Below are positions 49,781-62,637 of a stretch of DNA of 64,000 bases, piece by piece (position 1 is the first letter of the stretch; each line of letters starts with the position of its first letter). Made by a program: the position numbers and the translations under genes. Source of the stretch: Podarcis liolepis (taxonomy: Eukaryota); NCBI GenBank assembly GCA_965112155.1, contig OZ218110.1; one strand, written 5' to 3'. A model generated the notes under the pieces. That model was not told the origin of the DNA. It made no database searches and saw nothing but the letters and a program-made list of their open reading frames with translations.

Positions 49781-50725
49781 CCGTATTTTTCGCCCTATAG
49801 GACGCACTTTTTCCCCTCCAAAAATGAAGGGGAAATCTGGGTGCGTCCTATGGGGCGAATGCAGGCTTTCGCTGAAGCTTGGAAAGCGAGAGGGGTTGGT
49901 GCGCACTGACCCCTCTTGCTCTCCAGGCTTCTGGAATGCATCCGCAGCCTAGGCAGCCTTGCGGGAGGTCCCGCAGGGCTGTCTAGGCTGCGGATTTCAG
50001 CCTGCCGCCCGGCGCAAGGGGCACCCTGAAGCAGAGCGCCCCACGCGCAGGACAGACATCCTCAGCGTGGGGAGGCCTGTAGGAGTTCCCCGCAGGGCTC
50101 CCCACGCTGCGGATAGCAGCCTGCCGCCCGGCGCGAGGGTCGCCCTGAAGCAGAGCGCCTCTCGTGCCGGGCAGACATCCGCAGCATGGGGAGCCCTGCA
50201 GAAGTTCCCCGCAGGGCACCATACGCTGCAGATAGCAGCCTGCCGCCCGGCACGAGGAGCACCCTGAAGCAGAGCGCCCCTCGCGCCGGACAGACATCTG
50301 CAGCGTGGGGAGGCCTGTAGGAGTTCCCTGCAGGGCTCCCCACGCTGCGGATAGCAGCCTGCCGCCCGGCGCGCGGGGCACCATGAAGCAGAGCGCCCCT
50401 CATGCCGGAGAGACATCCGCAGCGTGGGGAGCCCTGCAGGAGTTCCCCGCAGGGCTCCCCACACTGCGGATAGCAGCCTGCCGCCTGGCGCGCGAGGCAC
50501 CCTGAAGCAGAGCACCCCGCGCGCCGGGCAGACATCGGCCAGCCCCACAAGCTTGGGGGACAGCAGGGAGGCGCAGCGCCGCCATCCCACTGTTCCTTGA
50601 CCTGGTTCAGCTTCCCTGACCTGGTTTTGGGGGGGAAATAAAGGAAAAAAATTTCCCCTTTGTTTCCCCCCCAAAAAACTAGGTGCGTCCTATGGGATGG
50701 AGCGTCCTATGGGACAAAAATACGG
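49781..50725. mobile_element. Tc2/pogo-like non-autonomous DNA transposon carrying a 119-bp tandem repeat
   Basis: TIR CCGTATTTTT-CGCCCTATAGGACGC / GCGTCCTATGGGAC-AAAAATACGG with a TA TSD at 49779-49780 and 50726-50727. Confidence 0.87.
49960..50540. repeat. GC-rich minisatellite, 119-bp period, ~5 copies, each with an internal hairpin
   Basis: CAGCCTGCCGCC recurs at 49998, 50117, 50236, 50355 and 50474. Confidence 0.92.
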
Positions 50726-52071
50726 TAAATCTCCTCTGGAAGGGGCTTCCTATTAGGGCAATTCCCAATTTCAGCCAGCCCTTCTTCTTTCCAAGTTTTT
50801 CTCTGTCTCCACAGTTGTGATTTCACCAAAATTTCTCTAGCTATTTCCGGCCTGTAGTCATATTTAAGGCTCCTCAAGAAGCTGCTACCAATTAGGGCCC
50901 TTTCCAATTTCAGCTCCTCTTGTCTTGACACTGGTGATTTTACCAATACTTCCTCAAATGCTTTCTCTGTATACTGCCCTTCAAATCCCCCTACTCTTTC
51001 CTTTCGGGTTTTCTTCATAACCATTAGGCTTTCCCCCTTTACAAACTTTTCCTCCTGTCTTTGCCCAAGAGTCTCCCCTGAGTTTATTCTTCTTGTTTCT
51101 GGTTCTTCCACTGTGTTATTACATTGATCCAATCTGGTAGTGATGGTCTCTGATATCTTAGCCATACTTTCCATAAATTCTCTTTGCCATTGATACAAAA
51201 CTGCCATAGTCTCAGCATCTGAGCTCATCTCTGCCCCCCGACCTGCCATTGTTTCCAGAACAGCCAGTTTCCCCTTTCACTTCTGATTAGGTCCAAGGAC
51301 ATTCAGTACAGTTTCCCAGTAAATACCAGTATTTTTCCATGGAAAGCGTATTAAAACCACTTGTCCACTTTCCAAAATGTCTCAGAGGGGTACAAAGTCA
51401 GGATACTTGCAAACTGCTCCTTAAAGTCTTAATTGAGTTTGTTGAGCCAACTACAAACTTCTTTGTTCTTTGATTCCCTCCAGCTTGGCTTATATTTTAA
51501 CACATTCTGGATCCAGGGATTAGAAGGATCTGATATGCAGCCTACTTCCCTCTGTTCTACCCCAAATTCGTAACAGTATACAAAATATTAAAAGCTAAAA
51601 TACACAACAGCGAGAATAGGAACTAGCCCAGGCTCTTCTGTCATTTTGTTGGTATCCTGCCAACTTATGGTAATTGTCTTTCTCTGCTGCTAAGGGCAAA
51701 TGGTTATGTTTTAACCAATGTCATATTTAATGAATATAACCTTTCCTCCAATTTAAACTGGTGTTTTGAGTCTTCCTTGGTGTGGGTGTGACGGCAAAGC
51801 ATTTTTACCCAGACTAACGGTCAGCTTTACAGTTTTGAAGAAAGCAAGGGGGAGGGAGTAAAGGAGAGACAGAGCAGGTCCTTCATAAACTTTATAGCAC
51901 TTAGTGTTTATATTTTGTGACTGTTTTTATGTTCAGTTTTAAAGGATTTCTACAGACTAATCCTACGAAATCTCCCACTGGAATGATGCAGGGACGTACA
52001 TTAACACAGCTACACACAGAAAAATAAAACGGATTAGACAGTGTAAAACTGTTCATCTCTAGTGCAAATTA

Positions 52072-53543
52072 CAGTGGTGCCTCGCAAGACGAAATTAATT
52101 CGTTCCGCAAGTTTTTTCTTCTTGCGAGTTTTTCGTCTTGCGAAGCACGGTTTCCCATAGGAATGCATTGAAAATCAATTAATGCGTTCCTAGGGAAACC
52201 GCCTTCAGACTAGGTCCGGGGACAGTCTGTCCCCCGACCTCTTCTGAAGGCTGGGGGGAGGGGAACAAGGGCTTTTCTTCCCACCCCCAGCGTTCAGAAG
52301 GCTGTTCTGAAGGCTGGTGGTGGGAAGAAAAGCCCTTCTTCCCACCTCCCGCCCCGCAAGCTGCGGGGACAGGAGGGCTTTGCTGCCGACCGCCAGCATT
52401 TTAAAAGCCCCTGCTGTCCCGGGGCGATTTTAAAATGCTGGCGGGTGGGAGCGAAGTCTCTGCTGTCCCGGGGAGATTTTAAAATGCTGGGGGGTCTCTC
52501 CCCGGGACAGCAGAGAAGTCTCTGCTGTCCTGGGGAGATTTTAAAATGCTGGCGGGCTCCTGCCATAGGCGCGCGTCACCTCTCCAGCCAGGAGAGGGTC
52601 GCAGGGGGCTGCTTTAGCCCTGCGCGCCCTCTCCCAGCTGGAGAGGTGACGTGTGCCTATGGAGGCTCCTGCCATAGGCGCGCGTCACCTCTCCAGCCGG
52701 GAGAGGGTCGCAGGGGGCTGCTTTAGCCCCGCGCGCGCTCTCCCAGCTGGAGAGGTGACGTGCGCCTATGGAGGCTCCTGCCATAGGCGCGCGTCACCTC
52801 TCCAGCCGGGGGAGGGTCGCAGGGGGCTGCTTTAGCCCCCCGCGCGCTCTCCCAGCTGGAGAGGTGACGTGCGCCTATGGAGGCTCCTGCCATAGGCGCG
52901 CGTCACCTCTCCAGCCGGGGGAGGGTCGCAGGGGGCTGCTTTAGTCCCGCGCGCGCTCTCCCAGCTGGAGAGGTGACGTGCGCCTATGGAGGCTCCTGCC
53001 ATAGGCGCGCGTCACCTCTCCAGCCGGGGGAGGGTCGCAGGGGGCTGCTTTAGCCCCCCGCGCACTCTCCCAGCTGGAGAGGTGACGCGCGCCTATGGAG
53101 GCTCCTGCCATAGGCGCACGTCACCTCTCCAGCCGGGAGAGGGTCGCAGGGGGCTGCTTCTCTGCTGTCCCGGGGAGATTTTAAAATGCTGGGGGTCGGC
53201 AGCGAACGCTTCGCTCCCGCCCGCCAGCATTTTAAGATCGCCCGGGGCAGCGGAGAAGTCTCCGCTGTCCCGGGAAGGCAGGCAGGGGGGAGCAAAGACT
53301 TTTGCCCCCCGCCGGCCTTCAGAAGAGGTCCAGGACCTCTTCTGAAGGCCGGCGGGGGGCGAAAGTCTTTGCTCCCGACCGCCAGCAATTTAAAACAGGT
53401 CCCCGGAGATTTCCCTATGGGCTTTCGTCTTGCGAAGCAAGCCCATAGGGAAATTCGTCTTGCGAAGCGCCTCCAAAACAGAAAACCCTTTCGTCTTGCG
53501 GGTTTTCCGTCTTGCGAGGCATTCGTCTTGCGGGGTACCACTG
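52072..53543. mobile_element. Tigger/pogo-like non-autonomous DNA transposon carrying a 109-bp tandem repeat
   Basis: TIR CAGTGGTGCCTCGCAAGACGAA / TTCGTCTTGCGGGGTACCACTG with a TA TSD and repeated subterminal TTCGTCTTGCG motifs. Absent from paralogous 3' flanks. Confidence 0.88.
52555..53158. repeat. GC-rich minisatellite, 109-bp period, ~5.5 copies, palindromic
   Basis: GGCTCCTGCCATAGG recurs at 52555, 52664, 52773, 52882, 52991 and 53100. Confidence 0.95.
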
Positions 53544-53975
53544 TAGTTGCGGGGAAGAGCATGAGAGTAGAATAGTACAGTGACGAGGCCTAAGAACAAC
53601 AAATGCAGAGTTCACAGTGAGCAGAGGAAAATATAAAGTAGATCTGGACTTGCTGGGGACTCAGTGCTTTGAAACAGTTCAGGTAGTGGAGATTTTCAGG
53701 CAATATATATGCTCAGTGGGCATCTGCACAGCCTACCTTATCTGGGGGTGAAATCTGGGGCCCTGGATTGCACTGGCTGAGGGAACAACTGCCTTTCCTT
53801 TGCATCCATCCTGAGAGCAATTTGGCAGCAGGGCTAATATTTAATTGGTGTTTTAAAAATTTGGGTTAAATCCTATGGGGTGGTAGCCTGAAAAGGATTC
53901 TGGGTGCTTCTTTTCAGGGATACATACAAATTGCTCTTTTAGATATTATAACCAGTGACATATATTTTGATTTCT

Positions 53976-55337
53976 TTAGCATTTTCTTCTTATTAGGTGA
54001 TCCCTATTGTTCAGCTTAGGCCTCAGCAAAATAATGTAACATTTTGGGGAAAAGATGCAACCCAACAAGCCAGCACGGGAGGCTAAGATAGAGAAGATCT
54101 CCACAGCCACCATGTATTTCCCCTTTGTGCTCATGTAGGAAGGAACAAAGGACAACCAAACACTGCAAAAGACCAACATGCTGAAAGTGATGAACTTGGC
54201 TTCGTTGAAACTGTCAGGTAATTTCCGGGCAAGGAAAGCCACAGTGAAACTGACCAAAGATAGGAAGCCCATGTAGCCCAAGACACAGTAAAAGAAGGTC
54301 ACCGTCCCCTCATTGCACTCCAGTACAATTTCTTCAGCCACTGACTTCATGTCAGCATTAGGGAATGGAGGAGAGATCACCAGCCATACAGTGCAGATGA
54401 GTGCTTGGATAAGGGAGCAGGAGAAGACAATAGAGTTTGCCAGTCCTTTCCCCACCCATTTCCTCATCCGGGATCCTGGTTTTGTGGCCATGAAAGCCAG
54501 AACCACAGTGATGGTTTTTGCCAGCACACAAGAAACAGCCACTGAGAAGATGATGCCAAAAGCAGTTTGTCGAAGGAGACATGTCACCTTGTCAGGATAT
54601 CCAATGAACAGTAATGCAGAAAGGAAGCAAAGCAAGAGGGAGGTGAGCAGAGCATAGGTGAGGTCCCGGTTGTTGGCTTTCACAACGGGAGTGTCCCTGT
54701 GCTTCACAAATATTTCTAGTATCAGTGCTGTAATGAAAGCAAAGGAAAGAGCAGAACAGGCTAAGCTGAGGCCCAGAGGTTCTTCAAAGGACAAGAAAGT
54801 TGCACGCTTGGGAATACATATATTCTTATCTTTGTTTGGATACTTTTCATCTTCACATTCATAGCAGTCATTCATGTCTGAGAAAGAAAAGCATGGTTCT
54901 TAATCTGAAAAATATGACCAACATGCCACGACTTGTAAATACGTAATTAAGATGATTTAAAAAGCATACAAGGAGTTCTGAACAATGGAGATTCAAAATG
55001 ATGGAACCATGCCCTTCTCACCTATTGGATGTAAAATTCTGATTGAGTCAAAATGCAAGGCCACAGAGACACTTCCTGTTCTCTGGCTAGAAGCCAACTC
55101 AAATTAACCTGTCACTGTTCTGGTTGCTCACATTTACTTACTCCTTTATTAAGTAGTGAATGTGTATTTCAGACTTTGCAAATTTCTACATTAGATGACC
55201 TAATCAATACCTTTCAACTGTTTTCTGAATTTTGGTTTTTCAGACATTATGACACAATTCTCTGAAGTTTAAGGGCATCTAAATACATAGTTAAATAGGT
55301 TAACAGAAAGTAAATGCACATTCCAATATTACTTGTG

Positions 55338-55378
<41 letters not shown>

Positions 55379-58300
55379 ATCTATCATCTATCTATCTATC
55401 TAAAAATATTTTGAGAAAAATTGCAGGATTAAGTTTATAATAAATAAATGAATTATGGGCTAAAATTTGTGAAAGTAACAAGGATTAGAAACAGATCCAA
55501 CCATCTCTAGCCAAAGTATCAAAACAGATTTCAAGGACTGCTGTAGAAGAAGACACCACAATTAGGGAGCAATACTCTGCCAAGATGATGGCGCAATTGA
55601 AGCCAAGCATAAAATAAGCCGACATAAAGTACACCAGATCCAAAATGCATTCTGAAGCAGGGATGCCACTGGCTGAGCTAGCTAAAGTCTGTAGGAGAGA
55701 AAACAAGCTTTTAAAAATAGGGTTACACCACCCTTTTCATTGACTTAATTTAGATGGGGTTTCCAGATCATGTGACCAAGCTGAATGGGCTTCATGTATC
55801 CTAAGTACACCCCCTCCCGTTTCACCCCTGTAATATTCCCCTTTCAATGCTTACACCAGTTTAAGAAGCATATCACTCAGCTCAGCCTGTATAAGGGAGG
55901 TAGAATCACATATTTCCAGCTGTTACAGAAACCACCTGGCTCATCTGAAAATCCACTTTACACTATCCCCTTCAACCTCATTGATCTTGCTATAGGATTC
56001 TTTCTTATTAATAGCATTGAACATCCACCATCACAAATTATCCCCCACACACATACTTTCATTAGGTCCCTCTTCAGCTAGATTTCTCAATATTTTATAA
56101 ACTGTAAAAAGGAACCTTGGTGAATGTATGACTTTCAATGCATGTTCTTGATTATAGGCAACAAGCTATAAATATATGCAGTAAATTTCTTACCCTCTTT
56201 GTCTGAAATCTTCCCTTCTGGACATGGGATGCAATTGTAGCAGCAAAATGCTTCCCCCTCCTTCACCTTCCTACAAAAACCAGGGTGGCAGCTCTCACTA
56301 CATACAGAGTCAGGCTGTGTCTATTACACAAATAAAAAATATATATAATAAGTGGACGCAAAGAAAAACTAAAAGGAGAGGTGAAGCTCTTTCTTAAAAC
56401 AGATTCAGAGAAGAACAACAACATTCATTTTAGCAATTCATTTAATAGGTTGTTTCAGTTCCATTTGGACTCATTTTCTGACATTTCCCATTGAATTACT
56501 GAAATAAATGAACTTTTCCACAATTTTCCGAGTTTCACCAGCATACCTCTGAGGCTTACTTTGCATTAAGCAACACCACCACAACTCCTTAATGTCACTG
56601 TGGCAGAAAGAAGTGTTCATACCTAATCAGTATGAACTTTTCCGCAATATTCTAATTTTCCGAGTTTCACCTGTACACTTGATATTCTAAAATCTTGAAT
56701 CATGGCCTGCATAATCTGCCTTCTCGAGTCTACAATGTGTCAAAACTTTATATGATTTTTGTAAAAGGAGCCACAGTTTAGAAAGTGCTGAAAATTGGCA
56801 TATGTACCCTTTTTTACTGAAATATTTATACCTGCAAGCCATAGGTCTGTTTTCTAATTTTGGTGAAAATCACTGATGCCATTTATTCAGGCTTCTCAAG
56901 AATGAGACACTTTCATTGGCTGACAAAGGTCAGAGTGGTTGAAACATGACTAATGCTTTACTTTTAAAAATAATTTTTATTTATGAATTCTGAAAAAGGA
57001 ACAATTCAACTACATGATGAAAGAATATGGGAGCTAGAAGCAACCCTTTATTGTTTATCTTAATAGAATTCTATTTTTTAAAATATCTTGCTAATTAAAC
57101 AAAATATTCTGTTTCAACCGTCAGCCCATGTGGTTTGATCCAATGTGTTTTTGTGCAATCTGCATTATATAATCCTACATCCTTGCCTTGGGTCTTTTAG
57201 CAAAGCCACAATAGAGAGCCACTGCTCTATATCCAGTAAGTGATGGCAGTTAACGCTCCACTGAGCTATTCAACTGTGGGCTTAATATCTGTATCAAAGG
57301 GGGAGCATTCAGATGCCATGGAAAATGATTCTTCGTAACTGCGAGGGGGTTACCAAGGTACAGAAATGGGTAAGGACTTCCTTGATGATATTGTACAGAA
57401 TATTTTAAACACCAAAGACCTTGCTTTGTTCTTTAGTTCTGTCTAGGAATATAGCAACCAAAGGTTATAGGGATTAGGCTTCTGTTATGTGGCTTATGTA
57501 AAAGTTAATATCACAAGTATTTCAGGTACTATCTAGGTTGGCCCATTGGGTGCAAATTCAGATTGTATTGTTATATGCCACACCTGTCTTCAGAAGTGAG
57601 AAAATGTGTGGTGGTTTACCCAGGGGTTTGATTTCCTTTTAACGAAGGTTGGTGGAGACCACAGAGTCTTTAGTATATATGGCTTTATTTAAACTAGTTC
57701 AGCAAGCTCCCCTTTGTGTGTTCTCCCCTCACTGATGAAGGTTTCATCCAGACTGATCATGCAAAGACATAACAATATATTCAACATCGTCAAAATCTTT
57801 TTAGAATTCACTTCTTCAAGGTGTCATTCAATATATTTATTTCAGTGTAACAGGAAATGAGTAAGGAGGCTGTGCATTTAGCTTATAACATTAATTCAAA
57901 GCTTGTGCCAACTATAATCCAATTTTATAAAGACTGAACAATGTACAATGAAATTATCTTTGTATGTTATGTTAAAGTGTTCGCTTTAACAAATGGGCGA
58001 TGTTCGCATACTACCTGGTTAAACCAATGGTGCCATTTTATGGCTCCCTCATTGATGGTCAACGCTTGCTGTGGAGGAGCCAGGGAATCCACCCCTCCAA
58101 CCTTCACTCTCCGAAAGGATTGGTTGGAGGAAACAATCCAATTGGTAATATCAAATCCAGCTAGTATCTCCCCATTCTGGTCCAAGGAAATCTGATCCCC
58201 AGCACTGTTGTTAAATGAGATACCCCTCAGAAAATGATGGAGCTGCATAGAAAGAATAGACAAGGCCTCAATTCAGCAAGAGACAATCATGATGTTCACT

Positions 58301-61300
58301 TTCATGTCAGGTTTCCAAATATCCACTGTGAAGGAAAGCAGCTTTCTTTTCCTCTTTCTATTTTTATATCTATAAGATTTAAGCCAAGCTTTTCTCACAT
58401 TTGGAAGTTCATTTCAAATAACTAATTTTTAAGATCTCCAACAACAATTGCCCACACAGCCACAAAAACTTTATTAACAGAAAGTGGGTAAAGTTTGATA
58501 CTCCAACTTTAGAGGTCAATGGGGAATCAGCCCCATGCTCATTGAAGAGGTTGGTATGAATAGTTGAAGCAACAGGTTGAAGAAGGAATGGTGATAAAAG
58601 CAAAGTATGGAAGATGGCTATGTCATGCTTGGATAGAATTCATTTTCTTTTGTTCTCTTTCATTATTTCTACTTTAAATTCAATTAGCTTAAAAGAAGAA
58701 ATTAAAAAGATTTAAAATAATAAAAATTAGCAGTAAAATGAAAAGATTAAATAATGTAAAAACCCAGTAACTGGTCAGGTTTGCCTAAGGAAAAATGTTT
58801 GAAGCAGGTGCCTAAATGAATACAGTGAAGGTGTCTGTCTGATGTCAATAGGCAGGGCAATCCAGTAGGCTGAATATGAACCTAGAAAAGCATGTGGAGA
58901 AGTTCCCATTTGTCAGTATGTGCATTTCAAGAGAGATAAAGCAACCATCTCATGGCCAAAGGGCAGTGAATTGAAGAATTACTTTTGGGAACACCTGGGG
59001 AAGATTTCAAGACCATTGCTGCACCCACATTGCTGACCCCTGCTGTGGTTTCATAGGAAAAGTGACTATTACCAAATCTATAAAATCAAACCCTTTCATC
59101 AATTGTTTTCAGCCCATTACCTGCCACAGTTGTTGTTTGTGAAACTTCATTCCTCCCCTGATCATTACTGGTCTGTGTTTGCCTCGGGATGTAGACATGG
59201 CATGTAAAGCATGGGCCACAGCATAGATAGCATTGTAGATGTTGTAGCTGTGGCTGGTCATGCTCATTTCAAAGAAAGGACCAGGAAGATTCTCCACCTT
59301 CTCTTGTCCTGTGCAAATATCCCCCTTCACACTGCCAACCACTCGATTTGGAAATACACAGCCAAATGCCTGTTGCCAGAAGTCCAAAATGAAACCATCT
59401 CCTTTTGGGCTGGAAGGCTTTTTGCTCTGGACAAATTGATGAAATCCTGGTGGATCATTTGAGTGAGTTGTGAATGAGAGAACCCCATGGAGTATTTCTG
59501 TATCCCAAGTCCGTTGAAAGACAAAAGAATTGAGCTCCACCTGGGCTGTCATGATCCACACTTTACCTTTTGGTTTATTTGAACTTTGTTCCAGTTCTGA
59601 TAAGTAAGGCAACCATCTAAAACGTGCCAGAGTATATGATGGTCCATAAACCAAAACTACATTGGCTTTGCTATCATTTATTTTGTCATGTATTTTTGCA
59701 CCTATTTTCAACATATCGTAAATTTCTGTAATATAAGTAAATTTGTGATTTCTTTCGATGAAGGCAAAACAAATGCCACTCTGGGAAAAAAGTGGAACCA
59801 CAGTTTGCAGAAATCTTTCTGCATTCTCATCATAGAAAGTAAAAATCCCAATCCATATCCACCTGAAATGCAGAAGCAAAGACAGGATCCCCTTATACTG
59901 GTGGGCTTCCTTGGGCACCATCTGGTAGAAGAAAAGGCCTGGGGTTTTATCATTCATCACTGGAGCAGGGCCATATATCAGCTAAACATAGTTGTGGTAG
60001 GAGGAGAAAGAGACAGAAGCAACAATAACTTTTAAATATTAGATTTATGTATTACTGGCAACATTGGAACAATTTCCAATTGGGCCTTCCATACCCTCAC
60101 TATTTGGGCTGCCCATGCTATTTTTGTTTAACCAAGCAACACTCACCTGCCACTCAGCTATTATCATATATCAGGCATTGGCTAGGCCCAAAGGGACATC
60201 TGAAGCAATAACTTAAGTGTTATCAATACTTTATTTGTTGCTTGGATCTGTCATTAGCATGGCTGACCTCATTATTTGAAATGTGCACATTTTATTATAC
60301 AAATCTATCAGGATGTGCCTAGTTTCCATGACATGTCAGAAAGATACATATCTCACCTGTGGAACCTTATAGATATCCAAGATTGTTGCCACTTGAAGAG
60401 AAGTTTGGGAGTCCAGTCCCCCAATGATGGCTATCATGTTTTTCTTGAAATCACAGATGTAGTTGGGGACAAATGTTTCCAGTGTGGATATGAGTAACAT
60501 TGTGGCATGAGAGGTCCATTTGGCATTGAAATAGCTGTCATAGATGTGGAAGCCTAAAGTGACATTGGGTAAGAGCTGAGGGTTTTCGTTGATCTCCTTC
60601 ACTGCAAATTCCAATGCCAGGATGTGCTGGTAATTCTTAGGCACCACTCTAAAAAGAAAGTTTCATTTCCTTTCACAAGGCCATGTAACACTTTCTAAAT
60701 CTATCACAACTCAGTTCTGCATCTTTCTCCTTAGTATTATTTATTACTGCCATTATGTAAGTTTTTTTTGCATGTGAGGAAACTCTTGAACAGTTATCAC
60801 TACAAGTGATCCTCCTCCTTGCCTACAATGGTAGAAAAGGGATGTTGGGGGAAATTCTATGGGAGGGATCACAGATTTTAAAATGTCCCTGATGTACATT
60901 TTTAATGCAGGCTTCATAATCTGTGTAGAAGTTCTTCCCTTATTTCTTTATCTTGGGGCCCTGAGGCAAAATTGATGCAGTTATTTCCACAACAATATTA
61001 CATATCTTTATATGATATCTGAATGTTTAATTCAGTGGGGAACGTGGAAACATTTTTAAAGAAAAACTAGTGGAGATCCTCCTGACCACATTTCTCCTAC
61101 ATCACATCTCTTTTGACCCAAACAGTAGTTTTGCCTCTAGGTCAAGGGTGGAGAACAGTGGCGCTCCAGATGTTGTTGTACTACTATGTCCATTATTATT
61201 GATAGAACTAATGGAGTGCAACAACCACTAAAGGCCACAGTTTAGCCACTCATCTTCTAAAAGTGATCGCTCCATTGTCCAAAGAAGGAATCAAAATGCA

Positions 61301-61539
61301 GAAGAGAAATTATCCAGGTCTTACTGTAGCTCTTCCTGCAATGTTGGTGGGGGGTTTTCGGTGAAGGCTATTGAAGTAGAGAGGATGATGCTGTGAGAGG
61401 CTATGCCACCAATGATGAGGTCTCCTTCCCGATGATACTGATGAAGTGGAGTGTGTGGATCTTGGATGTGGCATTTAACAATGGGAGGTTTGCATATTGC
61501 ATTAGGAAGTAAAATCAGCAAGATCAATAATGTCATCAT
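53976..61539 (-). CDS. Vomeronasal type-2 receptor (V2R), gene E, 6 coding exons, ~874 aa, apparently intact
   Basis: Exons: 61325-61539, 60357-60648, 59121-59981, 58015-58242, 56194-56320, 53976-54877. GT-AG junctions, total 2625 nt. Confidence 0.95.
55339..55402. repeat. (TATC)n microsatellite
   Basis: Direct reading. Confidence 0.95.
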
Positions 61540-62637
61540 CCTAGGTACATTTTTTCCCTATGCACTAAGATAACCCTAATACTCTTACAGCTTTTGAGAC
61601 TGAAGTAGTCTGACCTAGTTGTCTGCTTTTAGTCTGCTCATATTTCTGAAACCCAGAGTGTGAAAACAGGGTGGGGAATAGTGATGACACTGGTGGATCC
61701 TTGCTGGTTTCTGATTCCTAAGTCCAGCTGTGATAGCTGGAGGTAATATATTTTCATCAGGTTCTCCAACCTTATATCCTTCAGATATTTTGAACTATAT
61801 TTCACAGCATTCAAAACAGGCTGCAGGTGTTAGGGTTGTGATCCAAAACAGTCCAAGGGCACCAGACTTTGAAAGATTAAATTATGGCACCTTTCACAGA
61901 CTTTCTCATTTGCTTCAAAAGTGTACTGTGCAAATCCATCAGGTGGTTTGACAAGAGGGAACATTAATTACAGTTCTTTTGATAATTAAAGGGAAGATAG
62001 TCACTTGTGTGTCTTTCTTTACAGAAGTTTTTATTTCCTCTTTGCTGCATAATATTTTGAACAAGAAGGAAAAAAATTCTGGAAACACAACCCAACAGCG
62101 GGAGGAAATGAAAATGTTTGATCATAGAGGAATAAAGAGGAATAAAAGTGTGAACAGAGTAAAAAGCATAGTAATATCTCATATTTCAGTCAGCAAAGAA
62201 AAGAAACTTCTGACTATACCCATTGTACTAATTTTCAAATAAACTATTATTTACACAGTTACACAATGTTGTTTTTCATTAACTTAATTTAACTTTATCT
62301 AACATGTACATTGTATTTACTATTGCAGTACCCTTTGAGATATTCCTTAATTATTAACCTATCCTTATTTACTTCTTGTATTGTATTTCCTCTTACTGAC
62401 CCCGTTCTCCTTGCTAATTTTAAGTACTCTATCAGTTTGGCTTGCCATTCAATCTTTGGCAGGGTTGAATATTTCCTCTTGCTATTCTTGCATCTCCCTT
62501 TCTATTTCCCCTTTCATCACTTTTTTTTCTTTTTTCCTTGACAAAATTTAAACAGTTGTGCCAGAAATATTTTATTATTTTTCCCTTTCCCTTTCTATTT
62601 GCTTTACAAATGGGAATATGATTTAAGGGTAGGCAGG

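Larger units (their letters stand above)
49303..51481 (-). mobile_element. Second non-autonomous L1-like retroposon (~1.2 kb net of the nested MITE), probably 5'-truncated
   Basis: TSD AGC(C/T)TGGCTT at 49293-49302 and 51482-51491. Minus-strand AATAAA near 49330 and an A-rich tail. Charged helical ORF starting at 51249. Confidence 0.65.
48664..51535 (-). mobile_element. Ancestral solo-LTR-like element (copy upstream of gene D), interrupted by a MITE and an L1-like element
   Basis: Paralogous sequence resumes exactly after the inserts at 48773-49010 and 49303-51481. Confidence 0.6.

Noticed and set aside
49959-50674. Long overlapping Arg/Ala/Pro-rich ORFs
   Set aside because: Artefacts of a GC-rich, stop-poor minisatellite.
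52555-53158. CRISPR-like appearance of palindromic repeats
   Set aside because: Vertebrate DNA, no unique spacers, no cas genes. It is a tandem repeat inside a TIR element.
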